Assembly (NCBI GenBank): GCA_038729445.1
Contig: JAVYSA010000001.1
Coordinates: 12,300-76,299 of the forward strand
Direction of reading: 5' to 3'
Origin: Thermoplasmata archaeon
GTDB taxonomy: Archaea > Thermoplasmatota > Thermoplasmata > Lutacidiplasmatales > UBA184
DNA: 64,000 nt
Below, one piece after another: positions 47,534-57,356 of this stretch (within the stretch, counting starts at the first letter, position 1; every line of letters begins with the position of its first letter). The notes under the pieces are model-generated. The model was not told where the DNA came from, made no database searches, and was given only the letters and a program-made list of their open reading frames with translations. A program made the translations under genes and the position numbers.

Positions 47534-49009
47534 ATGCCGCGCCCGCTCGATGCCGGCGTGGAGGAGGTCGGGCGGATCTTCGGCGACGTCGGGCTCGGCC
47601 GCTTCCAGCTGAGGCTGTCCCGGCCGGTGGAGCGGGGGGACTACCTCAGCGTCCTCGACGAGACCCACGGGCACGTCCTCTGCCAGCTGGACGACATCCA
47701 GCGCAAGAGCGACCTCGACCTCGAACGGGCCGGGACCCTCACGCCGTCGGAGGAGACGGCGATCCGGGAGAGCTTCCTCGGCCAGGCGATGATCATCGGC
47801 TACCGGGACGGCCAGGGGATCGTCAAGGTCCCGACGATCCCGTTCCGACCGGGCGCCCACGTCTACCGGGCCGAGGAGGCGCTCATCGCCCGGGTCCTCG
47901 GCCTCGGCCACAAGCCCCGCACGGGGGCCTACATCGGCCTCCTGCGGAACCACACCCTGCGGGTCGAGCTCGACATCAACCAGCTCGTCCAGCGCCACGT
48001 CAGCGTCCTCGCGAAGACCGGCGGCGGGAAGAGCTACCTGCTCGGCGTGTTGATCGAGGAGCTCCTCCGCCACCGGGTCACCTGCGTCATCGTCGACCCG
48101 CACGGCGAGTACGGGTCGCTCCGCCAGCCGGCCCCCCGGTCGGCCGGGCAGGCGCGCTTCGGGGTCGAGTCCCAGGGGTTCGCCTCCCAGGTCGAGGAGT
48201 TCAGCCCGGACGTCTCGCTCAACCCGCACGCCCGCCCGTTGACGATCTCCCTGCGGCACATCGACCCGCGCGAACTGCTCGTCTTCATGGGCCTGTCGAA
48301 CATCAAGCCGTTCCTCGCCCCCCTCAAGGGGATCATCGACCGGGCGGGAGCGGTGACCCCGGACTACACGGTCGCCGACCTCGTGCGGATCAGCGAGTCG
48401 GTCGAGGGGGCGGTCGGGGAGACCCTCTTCGAGCGGCTCCAGTACCTCGAGCAGACCAAGCTGCTCGGGCCGCAGGGGACCCCCCTCAAGGAGCTCGTCC
48501 AGCACGGGAAGGCGACCCTGATCAACCTGCGGGGGATCGCGCCCGACATCCAGGAGCTGGTCGTCACCCGGATCGCCTCGACGCTCTTCGACCAGCGGAA
48601 GAAGGGCCAGATCCCCCCGCTGTTCCTGGTGATCGAGGAGGCCCACAACTTCGCGCCGCAGCAGGGGCAGGCCGCCTGCTCCCGGATCCTCAAGAACATC
48701 GCGAGCGAGGGACGGAAGTTCGGCCTCGGCCTGTGCGTCGTCACGCAGCGGGCCGCGCGGATCGACAAGAGCGTGCTCTCCCAGTGCAACACCCAGCTCA
48801 TCCTGCAGGTCACCAACCCGCTCGACCTGCGCGCGATCGCGCAGTCGATCGAGGGATTGACACCGGGGATGACGGAGATGATCCAGTCCCTCCCGGTCGG
48901 CACGGCCCTCGTCACCGGCGGGGGCTACCACACCCCCCTCTTCTGCGAGGTCCGGCCCCGTTCGACGCGCCACGGCGGCGAGAGCGTGACGATCGTCGAG
49001 GCCGCCTAG
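47534..49009 (+). CDS. HerA/FtsK-family ATPase (DUF87) with N-terminal barrel
   Basis: RHVSVLAKTGGGKSY, IVDPHGEY, VIEEAHNF, EGRKFG, VTQR, SQCNT. Confidence 0.9.
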   Translation: MPRPLDAGVEEVGRIFGDVGLGRFQLRLSRPVERGDYLSVLDETHGHVLCQLDDIQRKSDLDLERAGTLTPSEETAIRESFLGQAMIIGYRDGQGIVKVPTIPFRPGAHVYRAEEALIARVLGLGHKPRTGAYIGLLRNHTLRVELDINQLVQRHVSVLAKTGGGKSYLLGVLIEELLRHRVTCVIVDPHGEYGSLRQPAPRSAGQARFGVESQGFASQVEEFSPDVSLNPHARPLTISLRHIDPRELLVFMGLSNIKPFLAPLKGIIDRAGAVTPDYTVADLVRISESVEGAVGETLFERLQYLEQTKLLGPQGTPLKELVQHGKATLINLRGIAPDIQELVVTRIASTLFDQRKKGQIPPLFLVIEEAHNFAPQQGQAACSRILKNIASEGRKFGLGLCVVTQRAARIDKSVLSQCNTQLILQVTNPLDLRAIAQSIEGLTPGMTEMIQSLPVGTALVTGGGYHTPLFCEVRPRSTRHGGESVTIVEAA

Positions 49010-49039
49010 CGGCCTTCGCGCGGCCCGACCCCCGATCGC

Positions 49040-50599
49040 CTACCGACCCGCGGGGGGAGGAGACCCGGGCCGGTCCCAGTCGAGCAGGGCCCGGGCGACA
49101 AGGCGGACCCCGAAGCCGACCGCCCCGACGCCCAGGTAGGCCGGCAGGAACCGCTGCGTGGCGCGGCGCGTGTAGGCCGGCCCGGCGATGTCGAGATGGG
49201 CCCACGGCCGCCCGAGCGTGAACGTCTCGAGGAACGCCGCCGCGGTGAGCATGCCGGACATCGGCATCTCGATCGAGTTCCGCACGTCCCCGAACTCGGC
49301 GTAGCGGACGAGCTCCCGATGGTAGTCGGTCAGCGGCATCCGCCAGATCGGCTCTCCGGTCCGCGCGCTCGCCGCCAGGAGGCGGGAGGCGATCCCGTCG
49401 TCGTTGGCGACGAGCCCGGCCGTCGCGTCGTCGAGGGCGACCGACTGCGCCCCGGTCAGGGTCGCGAGGTCGATCAGCGCGTCGGGGCGGTAGCGCTTCG
49501 CGACGTAGGCGAGGGCGTCCGCGAGGACGACCCGGCCCTCCGCGTCGGTGTTGAGGACCTCGATCGTCGTGCCGGAATAGGTCCGCACGAGGTCGCCCGG
49601 CCGGTACGCCGAGCCGCTCGGGAGGTTCTCGGCGCATCCGAGGACGCCGATCACGCGGGGGCGCACGCCGAGCGCCCGCACCGCCCGCAGGATCCCGAGG
49701 ACCGCGACCGCGCCGGACTTGTCGAACTTCATGTACGACATCTGGGCGGCGGGCTTGATCGAGATCCCGCCGGAGTCGAAGGTGATCCCCTTGCCGACGA
49801 CCGCCACGGTCGGGGGGTTCCGTCCCCGGCCCGGATACTCGAGGACGATCATCCGCGGGGGGTTCGCGGACCCGCCGCCGACGGCGAGGATGCCCCCGCA
49901 GTGCATGCGGGCGAGCGCGCGCTCGTCGAAGACCTCGACCCGGAGCCGGTGGCTCCGGGCCAGGGCCCGGGCCTCCCGCGCGAGCCGCTCGGGGGTCGCC
50001 TCGCAGGCGGGGAGGTTGGCGATGTCCCGGGTCCACCGGACGACCTCCACGAGACGGAGCTCCTCGTCGAAGGCGGCCCGGAGCGCCGCGCCGGCTCGGC
50101 CGGCGACGATCGTCGCCTGTGCGATCGGGGGCTTGTGGTCCCCCGTGCGGTAGCGGTCGAAGCGGTACCCCGCGAGCCCCGCGCCGTCGACCACGGCCCG
50201 GACCGCCTCCGTCGCCTCGAGCGCCCCGTCCCCGAGGAACGAGGCAAGGTCGTAGGCGACGGAGGAGACCCCCCGGCCCTCCAGGGCCCGGAGCGCCTCC
50301 GCGCTGGCCCGGCGCGCCGTCTCGGCGCCGTAGCGGTCCTTCGGCCCGAGGCCGACCAGGAGGAGCCGGGACGGGCCCGGATCCCGCCGGCCCGTGCCGA
50401 GATGGATCGTGATCGTCTCCTTGCGCCGCCCGGTGAACTCCCCCTCGGCCCACGCCCGCCGGAGCGTCTCCCGCGCCGCGTCGGGGATCCCGGGGAGCGC
50501 CGGAGGCCCCGGCGGGCCGCCGGAGGGCCGCTCGAGCACCCCGGCCACCCGGGCGTCGCTCTCCGACAGGGCCCCCGCCCCGGCGAGGCTCAGCCGCAC
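49040..50599 (-). CDS. pepA: Leucyl aminopeptidase (M17)
   Basis: GKGITFDSGG, MKFDKSGA, NTDAEGR, DLATLTGA, WAHLDIAG. Confidence 0.95.
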   Translation of the reverse strand: MRLSLAGAGALSESDARVAGVLERPSGGPPGPPALPGIPDAARETLRRAWAEGEFTGRRKETITIHLGTGRRDPGPSRLLLVGLGPKDRYGAETARRASAEALRALEGRGVSSVAYDLASFLGDGALEATEAVRAVVDGAGLAGYRFDRYRTGDHKPPIAQATIVAGRAGAALRAAFDEELRLVEVVRWTRDIANLPACEATPERLAREARALARSHRLRVEVFDERALARMHCGGILAVGGGSANPPRMIVLEYPGRGRNPPTVAVVGKGITFDSGGISIKPAAQMSYMKFDKSGAVAVLGILRAVRALGVRPRVIGVLGCAENLPSGSAYRPGDLVRTYSGTTIEVLNTDAEGRVVLADALAYVAKRYRPDALIDLATLTGAQSVALDDATAGLVANDDGIASRLLAASARTGEPIWRMPLTDYHRELVRYAEFGDVRNSIEMPMSGMLTAAAFLETFTLGRPWAHLDIAGPAYTRRATQRFLPAYLGVGAVGFGVRLVARALLDWDRPGSPPPAGR

Positions 50600-50615
50600 G
50601 GGATCGCCGCCCGGC

Positions 50616-50990
50616 CTACAGCGACGGCCGCAGCTTCTGCCGGTCGACGCGGATCCCCGCCGGCGTCAGGCAGATCAGGTTCTTCGCAATCCCGGCGACG
50701 TCGCCGCCGGTGTCGCGGGCGATGTTCTTCAAGTCGGCGCTCATCCGCTTGACGGCGGTCGCGTCGTTCGCGATCGAGGTGTAGTCGAGGATCACGATGT
50801 CGCCCTGGTAGCAGTACTTCGCGTAGGAGTGGATGTCGTCGAGGCGCAGGACCTCGGCGAGCCGCACGGTCCCCTTCGCCCCGAGGGCGAGATCGGCCTC
50901 CTCGCCCGAGAGCTTGCCGAGATCGACGAAGCTCTCCTCGTCCAGCGTCTCCGCCCCGTGATGCCGCCGCAGGATGCCGCCGCGCGCCAT
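50616..50990 (-). CDS. sepF: Cell division protein SepF
   Basis: FVDL...YQGDIVILD...GGDVAGI...ICLTPAGIRVDR. Confidence 0.9.
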   Translation of the reverse strand: MARGGILRRHHGAETLDEESFVDLGKLSGEEADLALGAKGTVRLAEVLRLDDIHSYAKYCYQGDIVILDYTSIANDATAVKRMSADLKNIARDTGGDVAGIAKNLICLTPAGIRVDRQKLRPSL

Positions 50991-51026
50991 GCCCCACTCC
51001 GCCGCCGATGGAGCGGCCCTCGGCAC

Positions 51027-51818
51027 TTAAGGGTATTGTTCCAGTCTCCCGACCGGCCGGCGGCCCCGGCCGGCCTCGCGCGGGATCCGCACGCAGAACG
51101 TCACGCGGTAGACGTCGACGCCGTTCTTGCGGCCGACCAGCGTCGCCGACTCCTGAATCCGGGCCTCGAGCCGCTGCTTGGCGAGGCGGGCGAGCGAGCG
51201 GGCGGCCAGCGTGTCCTGTGCGTAGACGTCCCAGCCCTCCGGCCGCCGCTCGGTCCAGGCAATCGCGCCGCGCCAGTCGCTCCGGGCCTCGGAGAGGAGC
51301 GCGGTCCACTGCGCCTCGAGGCGGGTCCTTAGGGCCTCGGCCTTCTCCCGGGGGCCGTCGGCGGGGCCGCGGAGCTGGAGGACCGCCGTGTAGTAGTGCC
51401 CGCTGCGACGGGAGCATGCCTGGCAGCTCCGCTGCTCGAGCCGCACGGTGAGGGGGAACTCGATCGTCCGCTCGACCCCGCGGAAGCGGACGCGCGCGGT
51501 CGCCCGGAACTCGTGGATCGTCGCGTTCGCCTGCACCTCCCTCCAGTCGACCGAGCGAACGCCGAGCTCCGGATGGAGCTCGACCAGGGGGAGGAGATCC
51601 TCCGGGGTGAGATGCGGAGGCCGGCCCGAGGCCTCCCAGTGGGCGCCGATCCAGCGGGCCCCGCAGGTCGGGCAGAGGACCACCACCGCCCGGCCGGGGG
51701 GGCGGACGAGCTCGGCCCGGTCCATGGCGCAGTCGGCGCAGACCCCCCCCTCGAGCGGCCGGCCGGTCCGCCCGCAGACGACGCAGAACCCCCCCTCCGT
51801 CTCCGGTGCCCCCGTCAC
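51027..51818 (-). CDS. NMD3-family protein
   Basis: CVVCG, CADC, CPTCG, CQACSRRSGHYYTAVLQLR, TLVGRKNG. Confidence 0.9.
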   Translation of the reverse strand: MTGAPETEGGFCVVCGRTGRPLEGGVCADCAMDRAELVRPPGRAVVVLCPTCGARWIGAHWEASGRPPHLTPEDLLPLVELHPELGVRSVDWREVQANATIHEFRATARVRFRGVERTIEFPLTVRLEQRSCQACSRRSGHYYTAVLQLRGPADGPREKAEALRTRLEAQWTALLSEARSDWRGAIAWTERRPEGWDVYAQDTLAARSLARLAKQRLEARIQESATLVGRKNGVDVYRVTFCVRIPREAGRGRRPVGRLEQYP

Positions 51819-51840
51819 GGCCGTCCTCCCGTCCCCCGCG

Positions 51841-52167
51841 CTAGGAGGGCATCGTGAAGATCTCGGCGTGCGGCACGCCTCCCAGGGAGCCGGTCGCGCC
51901 GCCGTCGAGGATCCCGCCCTCCTGCGCGAGGGCGATCGTGCGGGCGCCGAGGAGGTTCGCGGTGGTGGCCCGGGCGAGCGCCCAGAGGAGCTCCTCCCGC
52001 CCGACCCTTCGCTCGCCGTAGAACTGCGGGCTCACGCGGACGGTCCGGCCCTGGGTGCCGACGGGAAGGTCCTGGCCGAGGAGCTCCTCGTCGCACGCGG
52101 CGACGACGATCTCCGCACGGACCCGGTGGATCCGCATCACGATCCCCCCGCCGCCGCTCGGCTCCAC
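51841..52167 (-). CDS. DUF424 family protein
   Basis: VVAACDEELLG, FYG, ATTANLLG, GVPHA. Confidence 0.88.
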   Translation of the reverse strand: MEPSGGGGIVMRIHRVRAEIVVAACDEELLGQDLPVGTQGRTVRVSPQFYGERRVGREELLWALARATTANLLGARTIALAQEGGILDGGATGSLGGVPHAEIFTMPS

Positions 52168-52210
52168 TGCCGACGGAGGCCGGGGGGAGCATATAGGCCT
52201 GCGCGGGGAC

Positions 52211-54328
52211 TCAGAAGCGGACCAGCTGGTAGAGGTCCGGGCGGATCTCGACCAGCTCGCCCTGGTTGCGGAGCACGTAGAAGAGCGCCTCGGCGCGGGG
52301 CGGGTCGATCCCCTCGTTCTGGGCCTCCCTCTGGACCTCGGCGAGCGTGAACGCCCCCTCCGGTCGCTCCTGCAGGCGGCGCATGATCGACAGGAGGACC
52401 TCGAGCCGCTCGCGCTGGCTGTGGCTGTGGCCGGTCATCACGAGGTCGATGTCGAGCGCCCCCTTGTCGTCGCGGGAGACGCGGCCCAGGAAGTTCTCGA
52501 CGACCCGGATCGCCCGCTCGGCGTCCTCGACGCCGACCTCCGGGGAGAGCCGGGCCCGGGCCGCCGCCTCGCTGAAGCGGATCAGCGCCTCGAGCTGCCG
52601 GGCCGTGATCGGCACGGGGGCGTCGGGGCCCTCGCCCTGACGCCGCACGCGGACGTAGAAGTCCTCGAGGGCCTTGAGCGACGCCGGACTGAGCACGGGC
52701 CGGACCCTCTGGCGCGCGTAGGCGACGTACTTCTTCAGGAACGCCGCGGAGAACGGCGTCGGGGGGACCGCCGCCCCCCCGGCCTCGCCCAGGCGGTCGG
52801 AGACATGGTGCGACTTCAGGATCTGGGCGGCGAGCTTGCGGTCCCGCTCGGGCTGGGGCTTGTCGAGGATCGAGAAGATCGCGTCGAACCGGGAGAGGAG
52901 CGTCGCCGGCAGGTCGAGCTGCTGGGCCATCGGCGTGTCCTGCCGGAACCGGCCGAGCTTCGGGTTCGCCGCCGCGAGGACCGCGCAGCGGGCGTTGAGC
53001 GTCGCCGTGATGCCGGCCTTGGCGACCGAGACCGTCTGCTGCTCGAGCGCCTCGTGCATGGCGGACCGGTCCTCGGGGGTCATCTTGTCGAGCTCGTCGA
53101 CCACCGCCATCCCGCCGTCGGCGAGCACCAGCATGCCGGCCTCGAGCACCCAGCGGCCTCCCGCGAAGTCGTCCTTGACGGCCGCGGCGGTCAGGCCGGC
53201 GGCGGTCGCCCCCTTGCCGCTGGTGTAGATGCCGTGCAGCGCGATCTCGGCAACGTAGCGGAGCAGCTGGCTCTTCGCGGTCCCCGGGTCCCCGATGAGC
53301 AGGATGTGGATGTCTCCCCGCGTGCGGACCCCGTCCGGATGGCGCTTCTCCACGCCGCCGAAGAGCTGGAGCGCGATCGCCTCCTTCTCCTGGTCCATGT
53401 CCTTGATCGTCGGCGCGAGGCTGAGCACGATCTTGTCGACGACCGTCGGGTCCCCCTCGAACTGGCGGACCTGGCGCTCCTCCTCCTCGGTCAGGACGAC
53501 CTCGTCGAGCATCGGCTCCTTGCTCTCGATCGAGTTCCCGAGGAGGAGCAGGTCGAACGTCGCGTTCCGGACCGTCCCGCCGCGGCCGGTGCCGACGATC
53601 CGCTGGTAGCTGCGGAGGGTCCCGTTCGCGACGACGCGGTTCCCGGGGACGACATGGCCGGCAAGGTCGCCGAGGAGCAGGACGGCGAGCCCCTGGGGAT
53701 GCGCCCCCCGGTGGAGGCTCTCGGGGGTCTCCTGGACCTCGATCCGCTGCGCGTCGACGAACGTCGAGCGCTCGGCGAGGAGGCGGAACCGGGTTCGGCC
53801 GGCGGGCTTGCCGCACCCGCCCTGGGCGCTGGGGCACTCGATCGGCGGCTGGAAGACGAGCGAGCCCTCGTCCTGGGGCTCGTGGAACTCGACCCCGCAG
53901 CTCAGGCACTGGAAGACCGCGTCCCGGATCTGGGGCCGGACCTCGCTCACCTTGCGCACGATCCCGTCGATCGCCAGGAACCGCCCCAGGTCCCCCTCGC
54001 GGATCTCCCGGATCGGGCGGTGGGCCGTCGCGGGGAGCCCCGTGACCCGGAGCCGAAGCTCGGGGGCCGAGGCCTCCGGGAACGGCAGCGTCTCCTGCAT
54101 CGCCCGGGAGCCCGCGGCGAGGACCGTTTCCGGCCGCTCGAGCAGGACGTCGGCGAGGGCCGTGTCGATCGCCTCGACCGTCGCGAACGGGATCGACAGG
54201 GAGCGCTCCTCGGGATAGCGCTCGGCGATCTGGAGGATCGCCGGCCGCAGGCCGGCCTCCTCGAAGACGGCGGCCCAGCGGCCCGAGAGCTCGAGCGGGG
54301 AGGGCAGGGTGGGGCGGGCGGCGACCAT
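52211..54328 (-). CDS. mcm: MCM replicative helicase
   Basis: CLSCG zinc finger, IHILLIGDPGTAKSQ, AAGLTAA, LEAGMLVLAD, VDELDKM, AANP, LLSRFD, ITARQLE; no intein. Confidence 0.97.
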   Translation of the reverse strand: MVAARPTLPSPLELSGRWAAVFEEAGLRPAILQIAERYPEERSLSIPFATVEAIDTALADVLLERPETVLAAGSRAMQETLPFPEASAPELRLRVTGLPATAHRPIREIREGDLGRFLAIDGIVRKVSEVRPQIRDAVFQCLSCGVEFHEPQDEGSLVFQPPIECPSAQGGCGKPAGRTRFRLLAERSTFVDAQRIEVQETPESLHRGAHPQGLAVLLLGDLAGHVVPGNRVVANGTLRSYQRIVGTGRGGTVRNATFDLLLLGNSIESKEPMLDEVVLTEEEERQVRQFEGDPTVVDKIVLSLAPTIKDMDQEKEAIALQLFGGVEKRHPDGVRTRGDIHILLIGDPGTAKSQLLRYVAEIALHGIYTSGKGATAAGLTAAAVKDDFAGGRWVLEAGMLVLADGGMAVVDELDKMTPEDRSAMHEALEQQTVSVAKAGITATLNARCAVLAAANPKLGRFRQDTPMAQQLDLPATLLSRFDAIFSILDKPQPERDRKLAAQILKSHHVSDRLGEAGGAAVPPTPFSAAFLKKYVAYARQRVRPVLSPASLKALEDFYVRVRRQGEGPDAPVPITARQLEALIRFSEAAARARLSPEVGVEDAERAIRVVENFLGRVSRDDKGALDIDLVMTGHSHSQRERLEVLLSIMRRLQERPEGAFTLAEVQREAQNEGIDPPRAEALFYVLRNQGELVEIRPDLYQLVRF

Positions 54329-54338
54329 GAGCCGACCT

Positions 54339-55649
54339 TCAGGGGGAGAGGCGGTAGCGATCGCGGGGGAATAAGCGAGCCTCCCGGATGTTCTCGAGGC
54401 CCAGGAGGACCATGACCAGCCGGTCGATCCCGAGCCCCCATCCCCCGTGGGGCGGCATGCCGAACCGGAACGCCTCCAGGTACCCGGCGAACTGCGCCGG
54501 GTCGAGGCCCGCCGAACGGAGGTTCTCCATGAGGCGGTCGGCCCGGTGCTCCCGGAGCCCCCCGCTGACGATCTCCGTCCCCCGATAGTCGAGGTCGAAG
54601 TACCAGGTCCGGCGGGGGTCGTCATCCTGCCGCCGGGCGTAGAACGTCCGTTCCTTGACCCGGGTCGGGAACTCCGTGAGGAAGTAAAAGGGGGTCCCCC
54701 GCTCGGCGGCGACACGCTCGCCGATCCGCCGCTCGTCCTCGGTCCCGAAGTCCTGTTCGGCCCCGGGGCGGCCGAGCCACTCCTCGGCGACGGCGAAGGG
54801 GATCCGCGGGAACGGCGGCTCGACCGGCGGGACCCGGGCGGCGAGGGGGTTGCCGGTCCGCTCGAGGCGTCGGCGCGCGGTCGCGAGGGTGTCGGCGAGG
54901 ATGCCCTCGAGGGCCGAGAGGATCTCCTCGACGGAGTCGACGTAGCCGATCTCCGCGTCGAGGCTGGTGAACTCGCTCAGGTGACGGACCGTGTCCGACG
55001 GCTCGGCCCGGAAGGCGGGGGCGATCTCGAAGACCCGCTCGAACCCGGCGCCGATGAGCATCTGCTTGTAGAGCTGGGGGCTCTGGGCGAGGAACGCCGG
55101 GCCGCCGAAGTAGTCGACCGAGAAGAGCGTCGCACCGCCCTCCGCCCCCTGGCGGAGGAGCTTCGGGGTCTCGATCTCGAGGAACCCGCGGTCGACGAAC
55201 GCCCCCCGGAACCCCTCGAGCAGCGCGGCGCGGAACTCGAAGATCGCCCGGACCGCCGGCTTGCGGAGATCGAGGACCCGGTGGTTGAGCCGGGTGTCGA
55301 GGTCCGCCGGGACCTTGTCGACGATGCCGAGGGGCAGGGGGACCTCGGCCCGGGCCAGCACCCGGACCGATTCCGGCAGGAGCTCGAGGCCGCGGGCCGC
55401 CCGCTCGGAGCGGCGGACGGTCCCGACCGCCTCCACGACCGACTCCCGGGGGAGGTCGGCAAGGGTCGCGAAGAGCGCGGGGTCGGTGACCCCCCGCTTC
55501 AGGGTCCACTGCATCGAGCCGGCCCCGTCCCGCACGACGGCGAACGCGACCCCGCCCAGGGCCCGGTACTCCTCGAGGTGGCCCGCGACGCGGACCGACT
55601 GCCCCTCGAGGGAGGGCAGGTCACGGGAGAGTCGGCGCTCGGACGGCAG
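54339..55649 (-). CDS. aspS: Aspartate--tRNA ligase (archaeal type)
   Basis: RLNHRVLDLR, EGGATLF, LAQSPQLYKQ, FRAE, HLSEF, SGGLR, GMPPHGGWGLG, LFPRD. Start is CTG 55649 (after an SD) or TTG 55673. Confidence 0.94.
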   Translation of the reverse strand: MPSERRLSRDLPSLEGQSVRVAGHLEEYRALGGVAFAVVRDGAGSMQWTLKRGVTDPALFATLADLPRESVVEAVGTVRRSERAARGLELLPESVRVLARAEVPLPLGIVDKVPADLDTRLNHRVLDLRKPAVRAIFEFRAALLEGFRGAFVDRGFLEIETPKLLRQGAEGGATLFSVDYFGGPAFLAQSPQLYKQMLIGAGFERVFEIAPAFRAEPSDTVRHLSEFTSLDAEIGYVDSVEEILSALEGILADTLATARRRLERTGNPLAARVPPVEPPFPRIPFAVAEEWLGRPGAEQDFGTEDERRIGERVAAERGTPFYFLTEFPTRVKERTFYARRQDDDPRRTWYFDLDYRGTEIVSGGLREHRADRLMENLRSAGLDPAQFAGYLEAFRFGMPPHGGWGLGIDRLVMVLLGLENIREARLFPRDRYRLSP

Positions 55650-57255
55650 GGCCCGGCACCTCCTGTCGGGCAAGGGCGGCGCGGACGAGCGCCAGGAACA
55701 GCGGATGGGGGGTTTCCGGCCGCGAGAGGAACTCCGGATGGTACTGGACCCCGACGAAGAACGGGTGGTCGGAGAGCTCCAGCACCTCCACGCGGCCGTC
55801 GACGCTGGTGCCGGAGATCCGCAGGCCGGCCGCGCGGAGCCGCTCGAAGTACGCCGGATTGATCTCGTAGCGGTGGCGGTGGCGCTCGACGATCTCGGTC
55901 CGTCCGTAGGTGCGGGCCGCCAGCGAGTCGGGGGTCAGGGCGATCCGCTGGGCGCCGAGCCGCATCGTCCCCCCCATCGCCCCGACCCCCTTCTGGGCCT
56001 CGAGGAGGCAGACGACCGGATCCGGCGTCTCGGGGGCGATCTCGGTGGTGTGGGCCTGCGGGAGCCCGAGGACGTGGCGGGCGAACTCGACGGCCGCCAT
56101 CTGGAACCCGTAGCAGATCCCGAGGAACGGGATCCGGCGCGTCCGGGCCGCCTCGATCGCCTGCACCTTGCCCTCGACCCCGCGCGCGCCGAAGCCCCCC
56201 GGCACGAGGATCGCGTCGGACCGCTCGAGGCGGGAGGCGAGGGTGGGGTTCCGCGGCAGGTCCTCGGCGTCGTACCACTGCAGGTGGACCTCGGCGGCGA
56301 GGTGCCCCTGGACGTGGTGGAGGGCCTCGATGTGCGAGAGGTAGGCGTCGCGCAGCTCCGTGTACTTCCCCACGACCGCGACCTCCACCGCCGGCCCCCC
56401 CCGGCGGTACGTCTCGAGGAACTCCTTCCACGACCCGTAGTCGGGGGGCCGGTCGGGGATCGAGAGGAGGGAGGAGAGCAGGGGGCCGACGCCCTGGGCC
56501 TCGAGCACGAGCGGCACGTCGTAGACGATCGGCTGGTCCGGCACGCTGATGACGGCCTCGGGCGGGACGTCGCAGAAGAGCGAGATCTTTGCCTTGATGT
56601 CGGGCGCGAGCGGGGCGGGGCCCCGTGCGATGATGAGGTTCGGCCGGATCCCGATCGCCCGCAGCTCCCGGACAGAGTGCTGGGTCGGCTTCGTCTTCGC
56701 CTCTCCGACCGGGCCGACCACCGGCACCAGGGTCGTGTGGACGAAGGCGATCTGGCCGGGGCCGAGCTCGTAGGAGAGCTCCCGCAGCGCCTCCAGGAAC
56801 GGCATCGACTCGATGTCGCCGACCGTCCCTCCGACCTCGACCAGGATCACCTCCGCCCCGGCCGCCCGGGCGACCTCGCGGATGAGCCGCTTGATCTCCC
56901 CCGTCACGTGGGGGATGATCTGGACGGTCGTCCCGAGATAGTCCCCCCGCCGCTCCTTCTCGATGACCGCGCGGTAGATCTTGCCCGTGGTCAGGTTGTG
57001 GGAGCCCGAGAGGCTCTGGTCGAGGAACCGCTCGTAGTTGCCGAGGTCGAGGTCCGCCTCGGTCCCGTCGTCCAGCACGAAGACCTCCCCGTGCTGGTAC
57101 GGGTTCATCGTCCCGGCGTCGACGTTGAGGTACGGGTCGATCTTGAGGATCGTGACCGGGATTCCCCGCGCCTTGAGCAGCCGTCCCAGGGAGGAGGTCG
57201 TGATCCCCTTGCCGAGGCCCGAGATGACGCCGCCGCTGACCACGATGACCTTCAT
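55621..57255 (-). CDS. pyrG: CTP synthase
   Basis: GGVISGLGKG, KIDPYLNVDAGTM, KTKPTQHS, PGGFG, GICYG, RHRHRYE, QYHPEF. Confidence 0.97.
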   Translation of the reverse strand: MKVIVVSGGVISGLGKGITTSSLGRLLKARGIPVTILKIDPYLNVDAGTMNPYQHGEVFVLDDGTEADLDLGNYERFLDQSLSGSHNLTTGKIYRAVIEKERRGDYLGTTVQIIPHVTGEIKRLIREVARAAGAEVILVEVGGTVGDIESMPFLEALRELSYELGPGQIAFVHTTLVPVVGPVGEAKTKPTQHSVRELRAIGIRPNLIIARGPAPLAPDIKAKISLFCDVPPEAVISVPDQPIVYDVPLVLEAQGVGPLLSSLLSIPDRPPDYGSWKEFLETYRRGGPAVEVAVVGKYTELRDAYLSHIEALHHVQGHLAAEVHLQWYDAEDLPRNPTLASRLERSDAILVPGGFGARGVEGKVQAIEAARTRRIPFLGICYGFQMAAVEFARHVLGLPQAHTTEIAPETPDPVVCLLEAQKGVGAMGGTMRLGAQRIALTPDSLAARTYGRTEIVERHRHRYEINPAYFERLRAAGLRISGTSVDGRVEVLELSDHPFFVGVQYHPEFLSRPETPHPLFLALVRAALARQEVPGPAVRAPTLP

Positions 57256-57356
57256 CGCCGCCCCCCGGCCGTGTGGTATCGGGGTGGGAGGATAAAGCCT
57301 CCGGAGCCCGACGGGCCCGGACGCGCTCGGCAAGGCCGCGGGCCGGCCCGCCGGAC

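Noticed and set aside
52211..54328. Intein in MCM
   Set aside because: The length (705 aa) and contiguous motifs leave no room for an insertion.
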